In this document: piece after piece, positions 1-14,369 of the stretch | Numbering within the stretch: position 1 is the first letter of the stretch | Layout of the letters: every line of letters starts with the position of its first letter | Source: the human T2T-CHM13v2.0 reference genome, Homo sapiens | Assembly: GCF_009914755.1 (NCBI RefSeq) | Contig: NC_060936.1 | Reading direction: 5' to 3' (one strand) | Length of the DNA: 64,000 nt | Position numbers and translations under genes: made by a program | Notes under the pieces: model-generated | What the model saw: only the letters and a program-made list of their open reading frames with translations | What the model was told of the DNA's origin: nothing | Database searches by the model: none

Positions 1-249
1 AGCATTACCCCATGGAGTGTGTAGTGTCATTACGTGTTAATGAAGTCTATTCATTCTGTCACCTCTCTAGGATAACATAATCCCATTAATAGCAGCTTTG
101 GGTCATCCAATACAAACACTTTCTTCTAGTGCTCAATTACGATGTATTATTTATCACTTTATTCTTCTGTACATCATACTAAATAATTCAGTCTATCACA
201 CCAAGTATATGTTATAGATCACTATGAATGCTGCCTTTTCATTTCTTAC

Positions 250-363
250 CTTCTTGCAATTCACTGCCATTTTCCAAAGGCTTTTCTAACTGTTTTTCTG
301 CTGTAGGTGTCATGCTTTTTGATGACAAAATATCTGGAGGAGTATGAAATCTGTAGTATTCCC
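250..363 (-). CDS. C12orf50: C12orf50 internal coding exon (G-EYYRFHTPPD...NGSELQE), 114 nt; gene continues past the window's left edge
   Basis: ag acceptor (plus ct 364-365), G|gtaag donor (plus ac 248-249), phase 1-1, open frame continuous with the upstream exons. Confidence 0.9.
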
Positions 364-444
364 CTAATCAACCATAAGAAAAGTAATGGTTAGTATATTT
401 ATCACATCAAGTATTAGAAAATACAAAAATGTTTGATTTCTTAC

Positions 445-522
445 CAGATTTATAACACATCTCCTTTATTGCTCTTTTTTCTTCAATTTCTTCAGGGGTC
501 TTTGTCCATAAACTAGAAGCAT
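445..522 (-). CDS. C12orf50: C12orf50 internal coding exon (D-ASSLWTKTPEEIEEKRAIKEMCYKS), 78 nt
   Basis: tag acceptor at 523-524, G|gtaag donor at 443-444, phase 1-1; followed by an 81-nt intron. Confidence 0.9.
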
Positions 523-1302
523 CTATAGGATATAGATTTTTTAAATTAAATTGTCCCAAAGCCAATTAATCTGAAAATTTATAAACCAGAAAGGAAAACC
601 CCAAATACTGTTCTCATGGATAGATTACTTTTTTATATTTCTAAAATCAATAATTTTACATACTAGTACATGTTTCAAATTGCTACATTTTAAGTATTCA
701 AAACAATGTCAAGAGAAAACAAAGGGCTATGTATTATGTACTTTGAAATGAGACGCTGAATGTACAGACTCAATGTTGAGATGGTGTATGTTTATTTCGA
801 GGTTGATGTAGGCATGAGAGACATGGAGCTGCAGCACACAGAAATAGTAATAAATAGCTCAGTGTACTCCTAAGCACAGAAACTATGGTGTCCCGTAGTC
901 CATAGAAGGACATATTCCAGCACAAAGACAGATCGAGAGTTTTTCTTCATGTTTATCTTGTATATACACACTTTCTGGCACCACTGTGCTGGGTTGATAT
1001 GGGAGGCAAAGGATGAACTAAAATGCAAAAGACATGGGTCCTAAGCCTGTTCATACTCTTGTGAGGATGACTTAGAATAATGCAGATGACAGTGATTTAT
1101 AGATTATTAACTACTACATAGATCTCTATAACTTCCAGGATTAAATGTGAAACTGATATATTATTAATACATATGTAGATAAACAGATACACTTGTGCAT
1201 CAATGTTTTAGAAACATATATAAAAAACATAGCTTATTAGTATCTCTATAAGCATCTGTAGATATATAAATATCTATATATATACATTTATATAGATATA
1301 CA

Positions 1303-1657
1303 TTTTACTTTAAGTTCTGGGATACATGTACAGAACGTGCAGGTTTGTTACATAGGTAAACACATGCCATGGTGGTTTGCTGCACCCATCAACCCGTCAT
1401 CTACATTAGGTATCACTCCTGATGTTATCCCTCCCCTGGCCCTCCACCCCACAACAGGCCCTAGTGTGTGACATTCCCCTCCCTGTGTCCATGTGTTCTC
1501 ATTGTTCAACTCCCACCTATGAGTGAGAACATGTGGTGTTTGGTTTTCCATTCTTGTGTTAGTTTGCTGAGAATGATGGTTTCCAGCTTCATCCATGTCC
1601 CTGCAAAGGACATGAACTCATCCTTTTTATGACTGCATAGTATTCCATGGTGTATAT
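1303..1657 (-). mobile_element. L1PA 3'-end fragment
   Basis: Typical L1PA 3'UTR in reverse (tactttaagttctgggatacatg...cattgttcaactcccacctatgagtgagaacatg). Confidence 0.85.
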
Positions 1658-1910
1658 GAAGCACCTAAATATACTTAAGCATCAGATCTGTCTCCCAGCT
1701 ATCGTACAACAAAAACTTTCCAATCCAAAAGATCATAAATATGTAGCAAATTAGAACATAATGAATTAAATTAGTTTAATACAATTATAGTTATTTTCTC
1801 AGCAAAATCTGCCTTATATATTACATCATAAACCTTTACAGTTAAACACATATGTAAAAAATGTGAGGTTTTTGAATGTGTATTGTAAACCTGAAAAAAG
1901 TTCTACTAAC

Positions 1911-2066
1911 CATTTTGTTCATCTACTTCCTCTTCTTCCTCAAAATTAGTTTTTAAAACTAAAGGATGGTGGATGGGTCGTGATATATTTTCCTGAGGTT
2001 TCAGAGGTTCTTGACTCTGGGACTGGAGTGGAATTCCTTCCTGAATTTCTTTCTGTAGTGTGATAT
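1911..2066 (-). CDS. C12orf50: C12orf50 internal coding exon (N-ITLQKEIQEG...IHHPLVLKTNFEEEEEVDEQN), 156 nt
   Basis: ttttctctgcag acceptor, G|gttagt donor, phase 1-1; matches ORF track 1906..2130. Confidence 0.92.
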
Positions 2067-3096
2067 CTGCAGAGAAAATGCAACATTTCAGTCTGTTCAA
2101 GATATATGTGATGATAAGTAGATGTAACAATCAATCATTGCCCTCCTAATTAACTATATATTATTTTAAAATGTGTACAATAATAATACATTAATGGATT
2201 GTGTTTCTACACACTAGCAATGATTAAACTGAAAATGAAATGAAAAATAATCCCACTTACAATAGCATCAAAGAGAAAAAAGTATTTAGGAATTAATTTT
2301 AACATAAGATGTGCAAAATTTATATTCTGAAAAAGATTCTGAAAATATATATATTGAAAAAGATTTTTATCTTATTTCAATAAAATAAAAATATTGTTGA
2401 AAGAAGTTAAAGAAATGTTGAAATGGAAAGATATCCTTGTTTATGGACTGATTTGTATTTGGTATGGCAATATTTTCCGAATTAATCTATAGGTATGATA
2501 CAACTCTTATCAAAATCCCAATGGACTTATTTGCAAAAATTGAGAAGCTGATTCTAAAATTTATATGGACATTACTACAAAACTAAAGTAATCAAGACTA
2601 TCTGGACTAGCATAAAAATAAAAGTAGATCGATGTATCATTGGAATAGGACTGCAAGACCAGAACTAAATCTTTATATGAATCAATTTATGCTCAGCTGA
2701 TTTTCAAAAAGGGTACATAGACCATTCAATGGGGGAAAAAATAGTATTTTCAACAAATGTTGCCGGGACGACTAGATTGCCACATGCAAAGTAATTAAGT
2801 TGCACAACTTCATCACATTAGAAACAAAAATTCATGCAAAGTGGATGTAAGAACAAAATGAAAGATCTGACACTATAAAACTCATAGAAGAACCCTTAGG
2901 TCATGAAAAGTTTTTTAGATATGACACCAAAAGAAAAAGCAGTCAATGAAAAGTAGCCAGCCCCCTGGCACATGGGGGTGAGCCATGATAACACCTGCCA
3001 ACAAGTCCCAGATTTTGCTGGAAAGCAGTTCCCAGCCCTCTCAGCCAGATAATGAAGAAACACTCAGAACCCCAAGGTGACACAGAAAGAATAAAT

Positions 3097-3329
3097 AAGA
3101 TCCAGCCTGGGCAACATGGCTAAACCCTATCTCCACAAAAAAATACAAAAATTAGCCAAGTGTGATGGCGCACACCTGTAGTCCCAGCTACTCAGGAGGC
3201 TGAGGTGGAAGCATCACTTAAGCCTGAGAGGTTAAGGCTGCATTTAGCCGAGATCATGCCACTGCACTCTAGCCTCAGCAACAGAGCAAGACTCTGTTTC
3301 AAAACAAAAACAAAAACAAACAAAACCAA
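3097..3329 (+). mobile_element. 5'-truncated Alu (AluJ-like)
   Basis: ccagcctgggcaacatgg...cctgtagtcccagctactcaggaggctgagg...A-rich tail. Confidence 0.85.
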
Positions 3330-3898
3330 ATGAGATATCACTTCATACTACAACGATTACAATGATTAATTTCTTTACTAAAAAGACAATAACAAGTGTT
3401 GTCAAGGATGTGAAGAAACTAGAATCTTTGTACACTGCAGTTGGGAATGAAAAATGCTGCAGCTACTTTAGAAAACAATTAGGCAGTTCCTCAAAAGGTT
3501 AAATATGGAGTCATCACATGTCCCATCTATTCCATTTTTAGCTACATACCAAGAGGTGTGAAAATATATGTCTATATTATACAAATGTAATCATTTGTAC
3601 ACAAATGTTTATATCAACATTATTTATAATAGTCAAAAAGTGGAAACAACCTAAATTTCCATTGTCTGATAAATGGATAAATAAAATGTGGCATATCCAT
3701 AGAATGGAGTGCTATCTGGCTATAAAAAGTAATAAAGTACTGTTGCATGTGAGAGCATGGATGAATTTTGAAAACATGCTAAGAGGAAAAAGTCATTCAC
3801 AAAAAATAATATATTATATGATTCCATTTATACAAAATATCAAAAATAGATATATTTATAGAAACAAGAAGTAAAGTAGTGACTGTGTAGGTTTTGGG

Positions 3899-4035
3899 AA
3901 TTGGAAAAAAATGAGGAGTAACTGTTAATGAATGTGAGTTTGTTTTTTGGAGTGATCCAATGTTTCATTGGAAAGAAATGAGAGGTAACCGTTAATGGGT
4001 GTGGATTTCCTTTTTAAAGTGATCCAATGTTCCAA
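3899..4035 (+). repeat. Diverged tandem duplication of about 67 nt inside the L1 3' end
   Basis: ttggaaa..aatga..gtaac.gttaatg..tgtg..ttt..tttt..agtgatccaatgtt occurs twice in tandem. Confidence 0.7.
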
Positions 4036-4049
4036 AATGGAATATTGTT

Positions 4050-7000
4050 CTTTGATCCATTTTGAGTTAATTTTTGTTTATGATGTGATGCAGTTGTGCT
4101 ACTTAATTACTTTGCATGTGACTATCTAGTTGTCTTAGCACCATTTGTCGAAAATACTATTCTTTTCCCCATTGAATGATCTATATGCCCTTGTTGAAAA
4201 TCAATTGAGCATAAACTGATTGATATAAAAGTTTATTTCTGGTCTTACAATCCTGTCTCAATGACATATAGATCAATTTTTATGCTAGTCCATATAGTCT
4301 TGATTACTTCAGTTTTGTAGTAACTTGTAGATTTTGAAATCAGGAAGTGTAAGTCCTCCAAATTTGGTTTCCATTTTCCTGATTTTTTTTCACTATTCTG
4401 GGTCCCTTAAATTTCCATATAAATTTTAGAATCAGCTTCTCAATTTCTGCAAATAGGTCCATTGGGATTTTGATAAATTCTACATTAAACCTGTGGATCA
4501 ATTTGGAGAATACTGGCATACCAACCACAAAGTCAGTCTATGAACAAGGATATCTCTGTTTTTCAAGGTTTTCTTTAATTTCTTTCAACAATCTTTTGTA
4601 GTTTTCGAATATAAACTTTGCACATCTTATGTTAAATTAATTCCTAAATATTTTTTCCTCTTTGATGCTATTGTAAGTGGGATTTTTCTCATTTCACTTT
4701 CAGTTTGTTCACTGCTACTGTAAAGAAACACAATCCATTACTGTATATTAATATTGTATCCTGCAATGTTGCTAAATTTATTTCTAATAATTTTTAGATT
4801 TCTAGAATTTTCTAAATAAAAGATCATGCCATATGCAAATAGAGATAATGTTGCTCTTTCTTTCCAATACAGAAGCCTTTTAGCTGATGATGTTGCAACA
4901 ATTTCCCTGTCTTGACTGCAAATGACAAGAATGAACAACCTTGTCTTCTTCCCAATCTTAGGGGTAAAGCTTTCAGTATTTCATCAAGTATGCTATCAGC
5001 TGTGGATTTTTCATATATATTCTTTATCAGGTTGAAGAAGTTTTCTTCTGTTTCTAGCTTGTGGAATATTTTTTATAACGTATGTGTGTCAAATTTTTAT
5101 CAACTGTTTTTTATTCATCTGTTAAGATGATCATGTGTCTTTTGCTCTTTATTATATTATTGTGGGTATATTATTATTATTATTATTATTACAGAAATTG
5201 ATTTTGGGAAGTTAAACCAACCTTGTTTCTGAGTTAATCTCACTTAGTTATGGAATATAATCCCATTTTAAAGCTGTCAGATTTAGTGTAATCGAATTTT
5301 GTTGAGTATTTTTCAGTGTCTATATTCATAGGAAAAGTTTGGTCTGCAGTTTTCGTCTGATGTCTTAGAACATCTCATAGACATGAGTTGGAAAGTGTTG
5401 CATCATCTTTTTTTTTTTTTGGAAGAATTTATGACAAATTAGTACTAATTTTTCTTTAAATGTTGGTTACAATTCAGTATTGGAGCCATCTGAGCCCAGA
5501 TTTTAATTGTGGCAATGTTTTCAAATACCCAATCAATCTCTTTATTCCTATAGATGTATTCAATTTTTTTCTTTTTTTCTAGAGTCAGTGATGGTAGTTT
5601 GTGTCTTTCTAGAAATTTGTCTATTTTATATAAGTTATCTAATTTGTTGAAATATAGTTGTCCACATTATTCCCTTTTAATTCTTTTTATTTTCATAATA
5701 TTGGGAGTGATGTCTCATTTTTTATTTCTGATTTTAGTAATTTCAACCTATCTCTTTTTTTCTTGGTCAGTCAAGTTAAAGATTTTTAATTTTCCTGATT
5801 TTATCAAATAACCAACTTTTGATTTCCCTGATTTTCTCTATTGGTTTTCTTTATTCATATTCTCTAGTTCATTAATTCCTGCTTTAATTTTTATTATGTG
5901 CTTCATTCTGTTTGCTTTAGGTTTAATGTGCTTTTCTTTTTCCAGTGTCTTAAGGTATAAGTCTAGGTTATCTATTCGAGATTTTTAAAAAATATATAGG
6001 CATTTACAACTTATATTCTTCTAAGCACTGCTTTACTTCATGTCATGAGTTTTGGTATGCTATGTTTTACTTTTACTAAACACAAAGTATTGGCTGATTA
6101 CCCTTGTAATTTTCTTGTGATTTCTTGGTTATTTACATGTGTGCTATTTAATTTCCATATATTTGTAAATGTCTCAATTTTTTTCTCTCAACTTTTAAAA
6201 CCATTATATTCAGAAGACATACACAGCACAATTTCAATCATTTTAAATTTATTCAGGCTTACCTTATCACCTAGAATGTGATCTATACTGGAAAATGTTT
6301 CTTGTGCACTAGAGAAAAATGTGTATTTTACAATTGTTAAATGGAGTGTTTTGCTGATGTCTGTTAGGTCTAGTTGCTTTACAGTTGTTCGAGTCTTTTA
6401 TTTTCTTGTTTATAATTGTTTGCATGGTATATATTTTCCATTCTTTTATTTTCAGCTTGTTTGGGCTATTGAATTTAAAAAGTGTTTTCTGTAGACAGCA
6501 TATAGTTTTATCTTTAATTTTATTTTCACAATCTCTGCCTTTTGATTGAATTTTTTACCCATTCACATTTAATATAATTATTGATATAGTTGGATTTAGG
6601 TACACTATTTTACTTTGTTTTCTATATGTTTCATGTTCTGCTGTTTCTCTTTCTTTTACACTGATGAATATTTTCTAGTATAATATTAAATTCCTTTAAT
6701 TCTTCATTTTTATAATATTTTCTTAGGTTGCTCTATGGCTTACTATATGCTTCTTAACATCAGAATCTATTTCACTTTTATACTAATTTAACATCAGTGA
6801 GATAGATATAAGAGGTTACTCCTATATAGCTCTATGCCCTCTTCCTCCTTTCTGTGCTACTATTGTAACATATATTACATTTCTATACATGACAAACCCA
6901 GTAATACATTGTTATAATTATTACTTAAGATAATTGTATGTTTCTTAAAGGAGCTAAGAGGGGAAAAAGATCAAGTAGGTATTTATAGTTTGTTCTATAA

Positions 7001-8115
7001 ACAGAGACTATTAACCTTTTTATTTATAATTTCTAATTCTCATCATTTGTTCCTATGGATTTGTGTTACTATCTGGTGTCATTTCTTTGTCATCATACAG
7101 TTTTGCTTCCATCTGCCTCTTTTGTGTGGCTATTATTAAATATATTACATTTCTAAATGTAACAGACTAAAAAAAATTGTATGTATTGTTTTATAAAATT
7201 TTAAAATCAGATTATAGAAGGAAAAGAAATATGCCCTTATGATAGTTTTATACTTACACAACTACCTTTATCAGCATACTTTGTTTCTTCATATGGATTT
7301 GAAATACTGACTCAGGTCACTTGCTTTCCACCTGAAAGTTTTCCTTTAGTATTTCTTTTAAGGTAGACAAACTGGCAACAAATTCTCTCAGTTTTTGTTT
7401 TCTTTGAATGTCTTTGTTTGCCTTTTTATTTTTGAAATACAGCATTTAAAACTAGTTTTCTGGACAAAGATTCTCGATTGCCACAATTTTTTTTCTTTCA
7501 GTCTACAGTGATTACTGCCTGTATTGTTTCTGACGGGAAGGTAGCTGTTAATCATACTGGGGTTCTATTATATGCAATAAAACATTTTTATCTTGTTGTT
7601 CTCCAGAATTTGCCTTTATCACTGGTATTTATCTTTTTTCATATGATGTGTCTGGCTGCAGGTATATTTGTGTATATCCAACTTAGAGTTTGTTGAGCTT
7701 CTTGTATATGCAGATTAATTTTTTAATTAAATCTGGGGAATTTCAGCCATTATTTTTTCTTTCCTTACATTTTGGTAAAATGCCTCATATTTCTCTTAGG
7801 CTTTGTTCATCTTTTTTTTCATTTATTTTTCTCTTGATTTTTCAGATTGTATAATCTCCGTTGATTTATCTTCAAATCTACTGGTTCTTTCTTTTGCAGT
7901 TCTCAAATCTACCCTTGATCCCTTATAGTATTTTTTTCCCATTTCAGATATTGTGTGTTCAACTCCAAAATTTCAATTTGTTAGGGTTTTTTCGTAGTTT
8001 TTACCCATTGATAGTCTCTATTGTTGAGATGTTGTCATAATACCGTTCTTTACTTCTTTATGCAGGAGTTTAGGTCTTTGGACATATTATAATTACTGCT
8101 TTAAATCATTGTCTG
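4050..8115 (-). mobile_element. Old degenerate L1 (L1M) ORF2, antisense
   Basis: T-rich reverse L1 ORF2; ORF-track peptides such as LIHRFN..IKIP..LFAEIEKLILKFIW and LSLFAYGMIFYLEN are L1 ORF2 remnants. Confidence 0.75.
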
Positions 8116-8119
8116 CTCA

Positions 8120-8935
8120 TGAACACTTTTCAAAAGAAGACATATACGCAGCCAACAAGCATATGAAAAAATGCTCATAGTCACTAATCATTAGAGAAAT
8201 GCAACTCAAAACCACAATGAGATACTATCTCACACTAATCAGAATGGCTATTATTAAAAAGCTAAAAAAATAGCAGATGCTGGCAAGGCTGCAGAAAAAA
8301 AGGAATGCTTATACACTGCTAGTGGGAATGTAAAATTAGTTCAGCCATTGTGGAGAGCAGTTTGGCAATTTCTCAAAGAACTTAAAACAGAAATACCATT
8401 TGACCCAGCAATCCCATTATTGGGTATATACAGTCTACCATGAAGACACATGCATGTGTATGTTCATCACAGCACTATTCACAATAGCAAAGACATGGAG
8501 TCAACCTAAATGCCCAACAATGGTAGACTGGATAAAGAAAATGTGGCACATATACACCATGAAATACTACATAGCCATAAAAGAGAATGAGATAATGTCC
8601 TTTGCAGCAACATGAACGGAGCTGGAGGCCATTATCCTAAGCGAACTGACACAGTAATAGAAAACAAAACACTGCACCTTCTCACTTACAAGTGGGAGCT
8701 GAACATTGAGTACACATGGACACAAACAAGGGAAGAACAGACACTGGGTCCAACTTGAGGGTGGAGGGTGAGAGGAGGGTGAGGATTGAAAAACTACCTA
8801 TCAGGTACTATGCTTATAACCTGGGTGACGAAATAATATGTACATCAAACCCCAGGACATGCAATTTATCTTTAGAACCAACTTGCACAAACAAACCTGT
8901 ACCCCTGAAGTCAAAATAAAAGTTAAAAAAAAAAT
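8120..8935 (+). mobile_element. L1PB-like 3' end
   Basis: cacttttcaaaagaagacata...tgacccagcaatcccatta...aataaaagttaaaaaaaaa. Confidence 0.8.
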
Positions 8936-9532
8936 CAATGCATAGTTGAACATCACAATCCTCTCATAAGCATTCTGTTGCCTCCTTTATTTCTGTATGT
9001 GGATTATAATTTTCTGTTTCTTTGCATGTCTTATAATTTTTATTGAAAGCTCAACATGTGTGATAATACATTGTAGCAACTCTGAATATTGACTTCTCAT
9101 CCTAAACCTGAAGCTTGTTGTTTGCTTTTTAATTTTTGAGTGACTTTGTTGGAATATTTTAGTAAAATTTATTTTCTCCCACAATATGCAGCCTCTGTTG
9201 TCATTCCTCAGAGGATGTAGCCTTGGCATGTCCACAGTTAACAGGGATAACACGGACTTTAGCAGGGCTCATTTTGCTCCATTCCCTGGTTTCTCTGTTA
9301 AGCTGTCCACCTCTGTTGGTATCACACTGAGATGTTAGCTTCCATTCATTGCTGGTGTAATGCCCCATTGTTTTCATCAATGCACTAGGGCATAAATTGC
9401 TCCACAGTTTAACCCAAGTAAATTGACTCCTTTGCAGAGCTAAGCTTTGAGCCCAATCTTTCAAGTTTGTTCCAATCCCAAAAGAACTCTTTTTATTTTA
9501 TGTTATTTATTTTATTTATTTATTTATTTTTT

Positions 9533-9620
9533 GGAGACGGAGTCTCGCTCTGTCGCCCAGGCTGGAGTGCAGTGGCGCTATCTTGGCTCACTGCAAGCTC
9601 CGCCTCCCCGGTTCAAGCGA
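9533..9620 (-). mobile_element. Alu 3' fragment, with its A-rich tail at 9495-9532
   Basis: gagacggagtctcgctctgtcgcccaggctggagtgcagtgg...ggttcaagcga, abruptly truncated. Confidence 0.85.
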
Positions 9621-9733
9621 GAATCCATGTTTTTAAACACCAGGCGAAATTGCCTGCCCAGTAGTTACCTGCAAGGTGTTCCAGTATCCCCTTCTGGGAT
9701 AACTAGAAATGGAAGGCCAGGAGCTGTTAATAG

Positions 9734-10092
<359 letters not shown>

Positions 10093-11249
10093 CAAAAGAA
10101 CTCTTTTTAACTGTGTCTTTACCGGGTTGTCTTTGGTAAACTTCTAGCTGGTTTACAGTTTAGTTTGCTGCTCTCATGGAGCTACTAGCCTCCTCTTAAT
10201 TGCTTATCCCCAATCACCATTGTTTTCAGAGCGTCCCTAATCTTAAACTTCCCCACACTATGTTCTATTCCAAATAAATTCAGTTCTCTTTCCGAGAGCT
10301 TCAGAGTTTTCTACTCTCTGCCTGCACAAAATCTCAGTGCTAATGCTAAGAGCAAGGACAGTCACTTAATTCTTTTGGAGTGACGCCCTGTTTTAAAATT
10401 GGGGCACAAAGCAGGGGTGGTAATTTCTGGTGTTTACAACTTGTGCCTCCTGGCATGGGACCTCTATCCATGCTCCAACTGAGGCAAAGGTAATTGAGGT
10501 CCTGTTATTCCTAGCCTGCTGCACGTGGGATAGAACTTTTGCTTTATGCTTGGGGCTGGATGAAAACAAGATTCAGGCCTGAAAAATAGAGCTCTAGCAA
10601 CATGGAGTTGGGAATTGGAGAGGATGAGAAATGTTAGCAGCTTTCTCCCCCCAGAAAGGTACTATAGTTCTTGACTGGAAGCTGGACGTAGAAAGAGCTC
10701 TGTGTTCTTGGCTGTATCCATTCAGAGTAGAGCTTCTGTCACACTAAACAGAGAGGTGGTGAAAGGAGTGGGTGGTGGTTCCAATACAACTGACTTGCCA
10801 TTTTTACTGGCTTTAGTATATTTTATTGAATTAATACGATTTCATTTGCTGTATGCCCTTAGGACAATTTCTTAACACTTGGAAACATTTTTAACATATA
10901 ATTTTCATCAACCATTGAAATCAATTGTTATTTCACTAGGGAACAGGTTCATGGAATTCTTCGCAACATCATTCTGAAAGTAATCTAGTCATCACAATTT
11001 TTTAAATGCAAGTAGAATTATTTACAAGTTTGCCAAATTGTTCACAATATCTTAGAAAAAAACCCATAGATACAATTTTCAAATAAAATCTTCCAATTGA
11101 GATAGTTAAGATCTCTTTTATAATATTGTGAAATCTTCTAATTGAAGTGAGTCCTCATCTTATTTAAGTTTATAAAATGTTTACTATATTGTAACTGACT
11201 TAGCAAATATTAGAACAACCTGCTCGTTCTGAATATTAGTTTTTAGCAA

Positions 11250-11580
11250 GTGTCTTAGTCCATTTGTGCTGCTGTAACAAAATATCTGGGTAATTTATAA
11301 ACAACAGAAATTTATTTATCACAGTACTGGAGGTTGAGAAGTCTAAGGTCAAGGCACTGGCAGGCTTGGTCTCTATTGAGGACTCCCTGCTTCCAAGATG
11401 GTGCCTCGTTACTGTGCCCTCTGGAGGGGATAAATGCTGTGTCCTCACACAGAAGAAGGCAGAAGGGCAAAAGGGCAAAAAGGGCCAAGCCCTGTGTGAA
11501 GCCTCTTTTATGAAGGCCTTAATCCTATTCATATTCAACATGGATTTTGGAGAAATACAAACAAGCCATGGCAGCAATAT
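11250..11580 (-). mobile_element. MaLR solo LTR (MST/MLT1-type)
   Basis: tgtcttagtccatttgtgctgctgtaacaaaata...tctaaggtcaaggcactggcag. Confidence 0.65.
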
Positions 11581-11936
11581 ATACCTTTTTTTGTTTTATA
11601 AACAGATAAGAATAATTTTGATCATTAATTCACCTAATGAAGAGGTAATTTTCTTATATAATTGTACTTTGATATGCAATAATTATCAATATTTGTAATG
11701 TAATTGTTGTTTTAATAAATTAAATGCCAGTGATAATTGTAATAATAATTCAATCCTAAAGGCATGTTAAAGACCATATGGCTTTAAAAGTGGAACTTTA
11801 TCATCGTTTAAAAAAATGAAAATTTAAATTTATATATATTTTTGTTATATTAATTTTAATAGGTGATCAATAAACTCAAGCATAAAAATATTAGGTTAGG
11901 GTAAAGATATGTGAAGAAAGTTAAACAGCAATAGCT

Positions 11937-12400
11937 TTTTTTTTTATCTTTTCTTTTCAGTTCAGGGGTACACGTGCAGGTTTGTTATATAGGTAAACTT
12001 GTACCATGGGGGTTTGTTGTACAAATTATTTCATCACCCAGGTATTAAGCCTAGTACTCATTAGTTATTTTTCCTGATCCTCTCCCTCCTCCAACCCTCT
12101 ACCCTCTGGTAGACCCCAGTGTGTGTTGTTCTCCTCTATGTGTCCATTTTTCTCATCATTTAGCTCCCATTTGTAAGTCAGAACATGCAGTATTTGTTTT
12201 TCTGTTACTGCATTAGTTTGCTAAGGATGATGGCCTCCAACTCCATCCGTGTCCCTGCAAAGAATATGATCTCATTCTTTTTTATGGCTGCATGGTATTC
12301 TATGGTGTATATGTATTAATACCACATTTTCTTTATCCAGTCTATCATTGTTGGGCATGTAGCTTGATTCCCATGTCTTTGCTATTGTGAATAGTCCTAA
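11937..12400 (-). mobile_element. L1P 3'-end fragment
   Basis: Reverse L1 3'UTR (ggggtacacgtgcaggtttgttatatagg...atggctgcatggtattc). Confidence 0.8.
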
Positions 12401-13354
12401 GTGGCAATAGTTTTAACAGAAGGAAATAAAGAATTGTTTCTTAATATAAAGAATTATTTATATAATTCTTAAATAAAGAATTGTTTGCTTAAGCATTTTT
12501 TACCTATTTAAAACTGTGAAATATAACACATACACAGAAAAGTACAGAAACTATAAAATATATATTGTAACAAGTATCACAAAGCCAACACCTAAGTCAT
12601 GTAATAATAGCCTCCTAAACATCCTCTTCATTCACACAATTTTCCTTCCCCATACCCACAATAGGTATCTTCATCCTAACCTATTGTAATCACTTTTTGT
12701 TTGTCCTTATGATCTCACTACCAAGTATGCATCCCTAAACATAAAGTTTAATTTTGCTTATGTTTGAACATTTTATAAATAGAGTTAAGCCATATCTATT
12801 CTTTCTTGCCTTCTTTCATTTAATTTTATCTGTTAAATACATCCTTACTCACCTGTTTCTCCTATTTTCATCACTGTCTAGTATTGAATGAATGTACCAC
12901 ACTTTATTTATGCATTCCACTGTTGTTGCACATTTGACGGTTTCTAGCCTTTGGCCATTACAAACTGCTGTTACGTGCATTCTTGTATTTAATACATGTA
13001 TCCAGATGTACACAGTAATGGATTTCTCTAGGATATATGCTTCAAAAGTGGAATTGCTTGGTCCTAAGTTATGCATAATTTTAACTGGACAAGATAATGT
13101 TAGGCTGTTTTCCAAAGTACTCGTATCCGTTTATATATCCTTCTACAGTGCACAATAATTCCTAATGTTCTTTGTCTTCACCAAGAATTGATAGAATTTT
13201 TGATATTTGCCAATAATATGGGTATATTATATCTCAAAGTGCTTTCTGTTTGGATTTCCCTAACTATTAATAAGACTGATCATCTTGTTTGTTTACATTT
13301 TAATTTCTTCCTTTTCAAATGCCTGTTTATAAGCTTTCTGTTTATTGTTCTATG

Positions 13355-13580
13355 ATAGCAGTTCTCAAGCAGAGACAATTTTACTCCCTACGTACTAGGA
13401 AATATTTGACAATGTCTGGATATATTTTTGGTTGTTACAACGAGGAGATTTCTATTAGAATCTAGTAGGTAGAAGCTAAAGATGCTGCTAAACAATCTAC
13501 AATACATAAGATAGGTTCCAACAACAAAGAACTATCCAGTCCAAAATCTCAATAGTGGTAAAACAGAAAAACCTATTCCA
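13355..13580. mobile_element. MER20-like hAT DNA transposon remnant within old L1 sequence
   Basis: cagttctcaa...tttgacaatgtctggatatatttttggttg...gctaaagatgctgctaaacaatctacaatac. Confidence 0.6.
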
Positions 13581-14247
13581 TTAGGTTCTCTGGCCTTTCT
13601 TGTTGATTTGTATTCAAGTATTGACTTCAGGTCTTTCCTTGGAGTCACATAAGCACACATGCTGCAAATATTATCTTATTTGGTGGTTTATCTTTTTACT
13701 TTTTTATGGTGTTTTTGATAAATACAAATTTTAATTTCAGTGCAGCCAAATTTATTCATATTCTCTGAAATGGTCAATATTTTGTGACCTTATTATCTTT
13801 TGAAGTATTCAAATATTGGCCTTTTACATTTTGATCAATAATTGACTCAAATTGATTTGTATCTATTGTGTGAGAGAGAAGTCCATTTTTCCCTCATTAA
13901 CTGAAAAGACCACCCATTACTCATCCATGCTACCTACTACAAATCAAGTGTCCAATCCGTTTCCATAATGTAGTGGTTATCATGTTCACCTAACAAATCA
14001 AGTGTCCATCTATGGAAAGGTCTGTTTCCATCTACTCTGTCCCACTCACCAATTTGTTTATCCTGTGGCCAGTGCTAGACTGTCCTAATCTCTATCACTT
14101 CATAGGCCTTGAAATCTGGTTGAACAAGTTCTATTATTTTGCTCTTCTTCAAGCATCTCTTGACTATTTCTGGCTCTTTGCACTTCCATGTAAGTCTTAG
14201 AACCTGTTTAGTTGTAATTGAGATTATTATTCTTGTATTTTTTAAAT

Positions 14248-14369
14248 AGATTATAAGATTAAAATTATTATAATCTTATAATAAGATTATAAGATTAAAA
14301 TTATTATAATCTTATAATAAGATTATAAGATTAAAATTATTATAATCTTATAATAAGATTATAAGATTA
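14248..14369. repeat. AT-rich 36-nt minisatellite, about 3.4 perfect copies
   Basis: Unit agattataagattaaaattattataatcttataata starts at 14248, 14284, 14320 and 14356. Confidence 0.95.

Larger units (their letters stand above)
2190..4050 (+). mobile_element. Old L1 (L1M-type) ORF2/3'UTR fragments, interrupted by an Alu
   Basis: Degenerate L1 ORF2 3' and 3'UTR sequence (aaatggataaataaaatgtggcatatccat). Confidence 0.7.
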
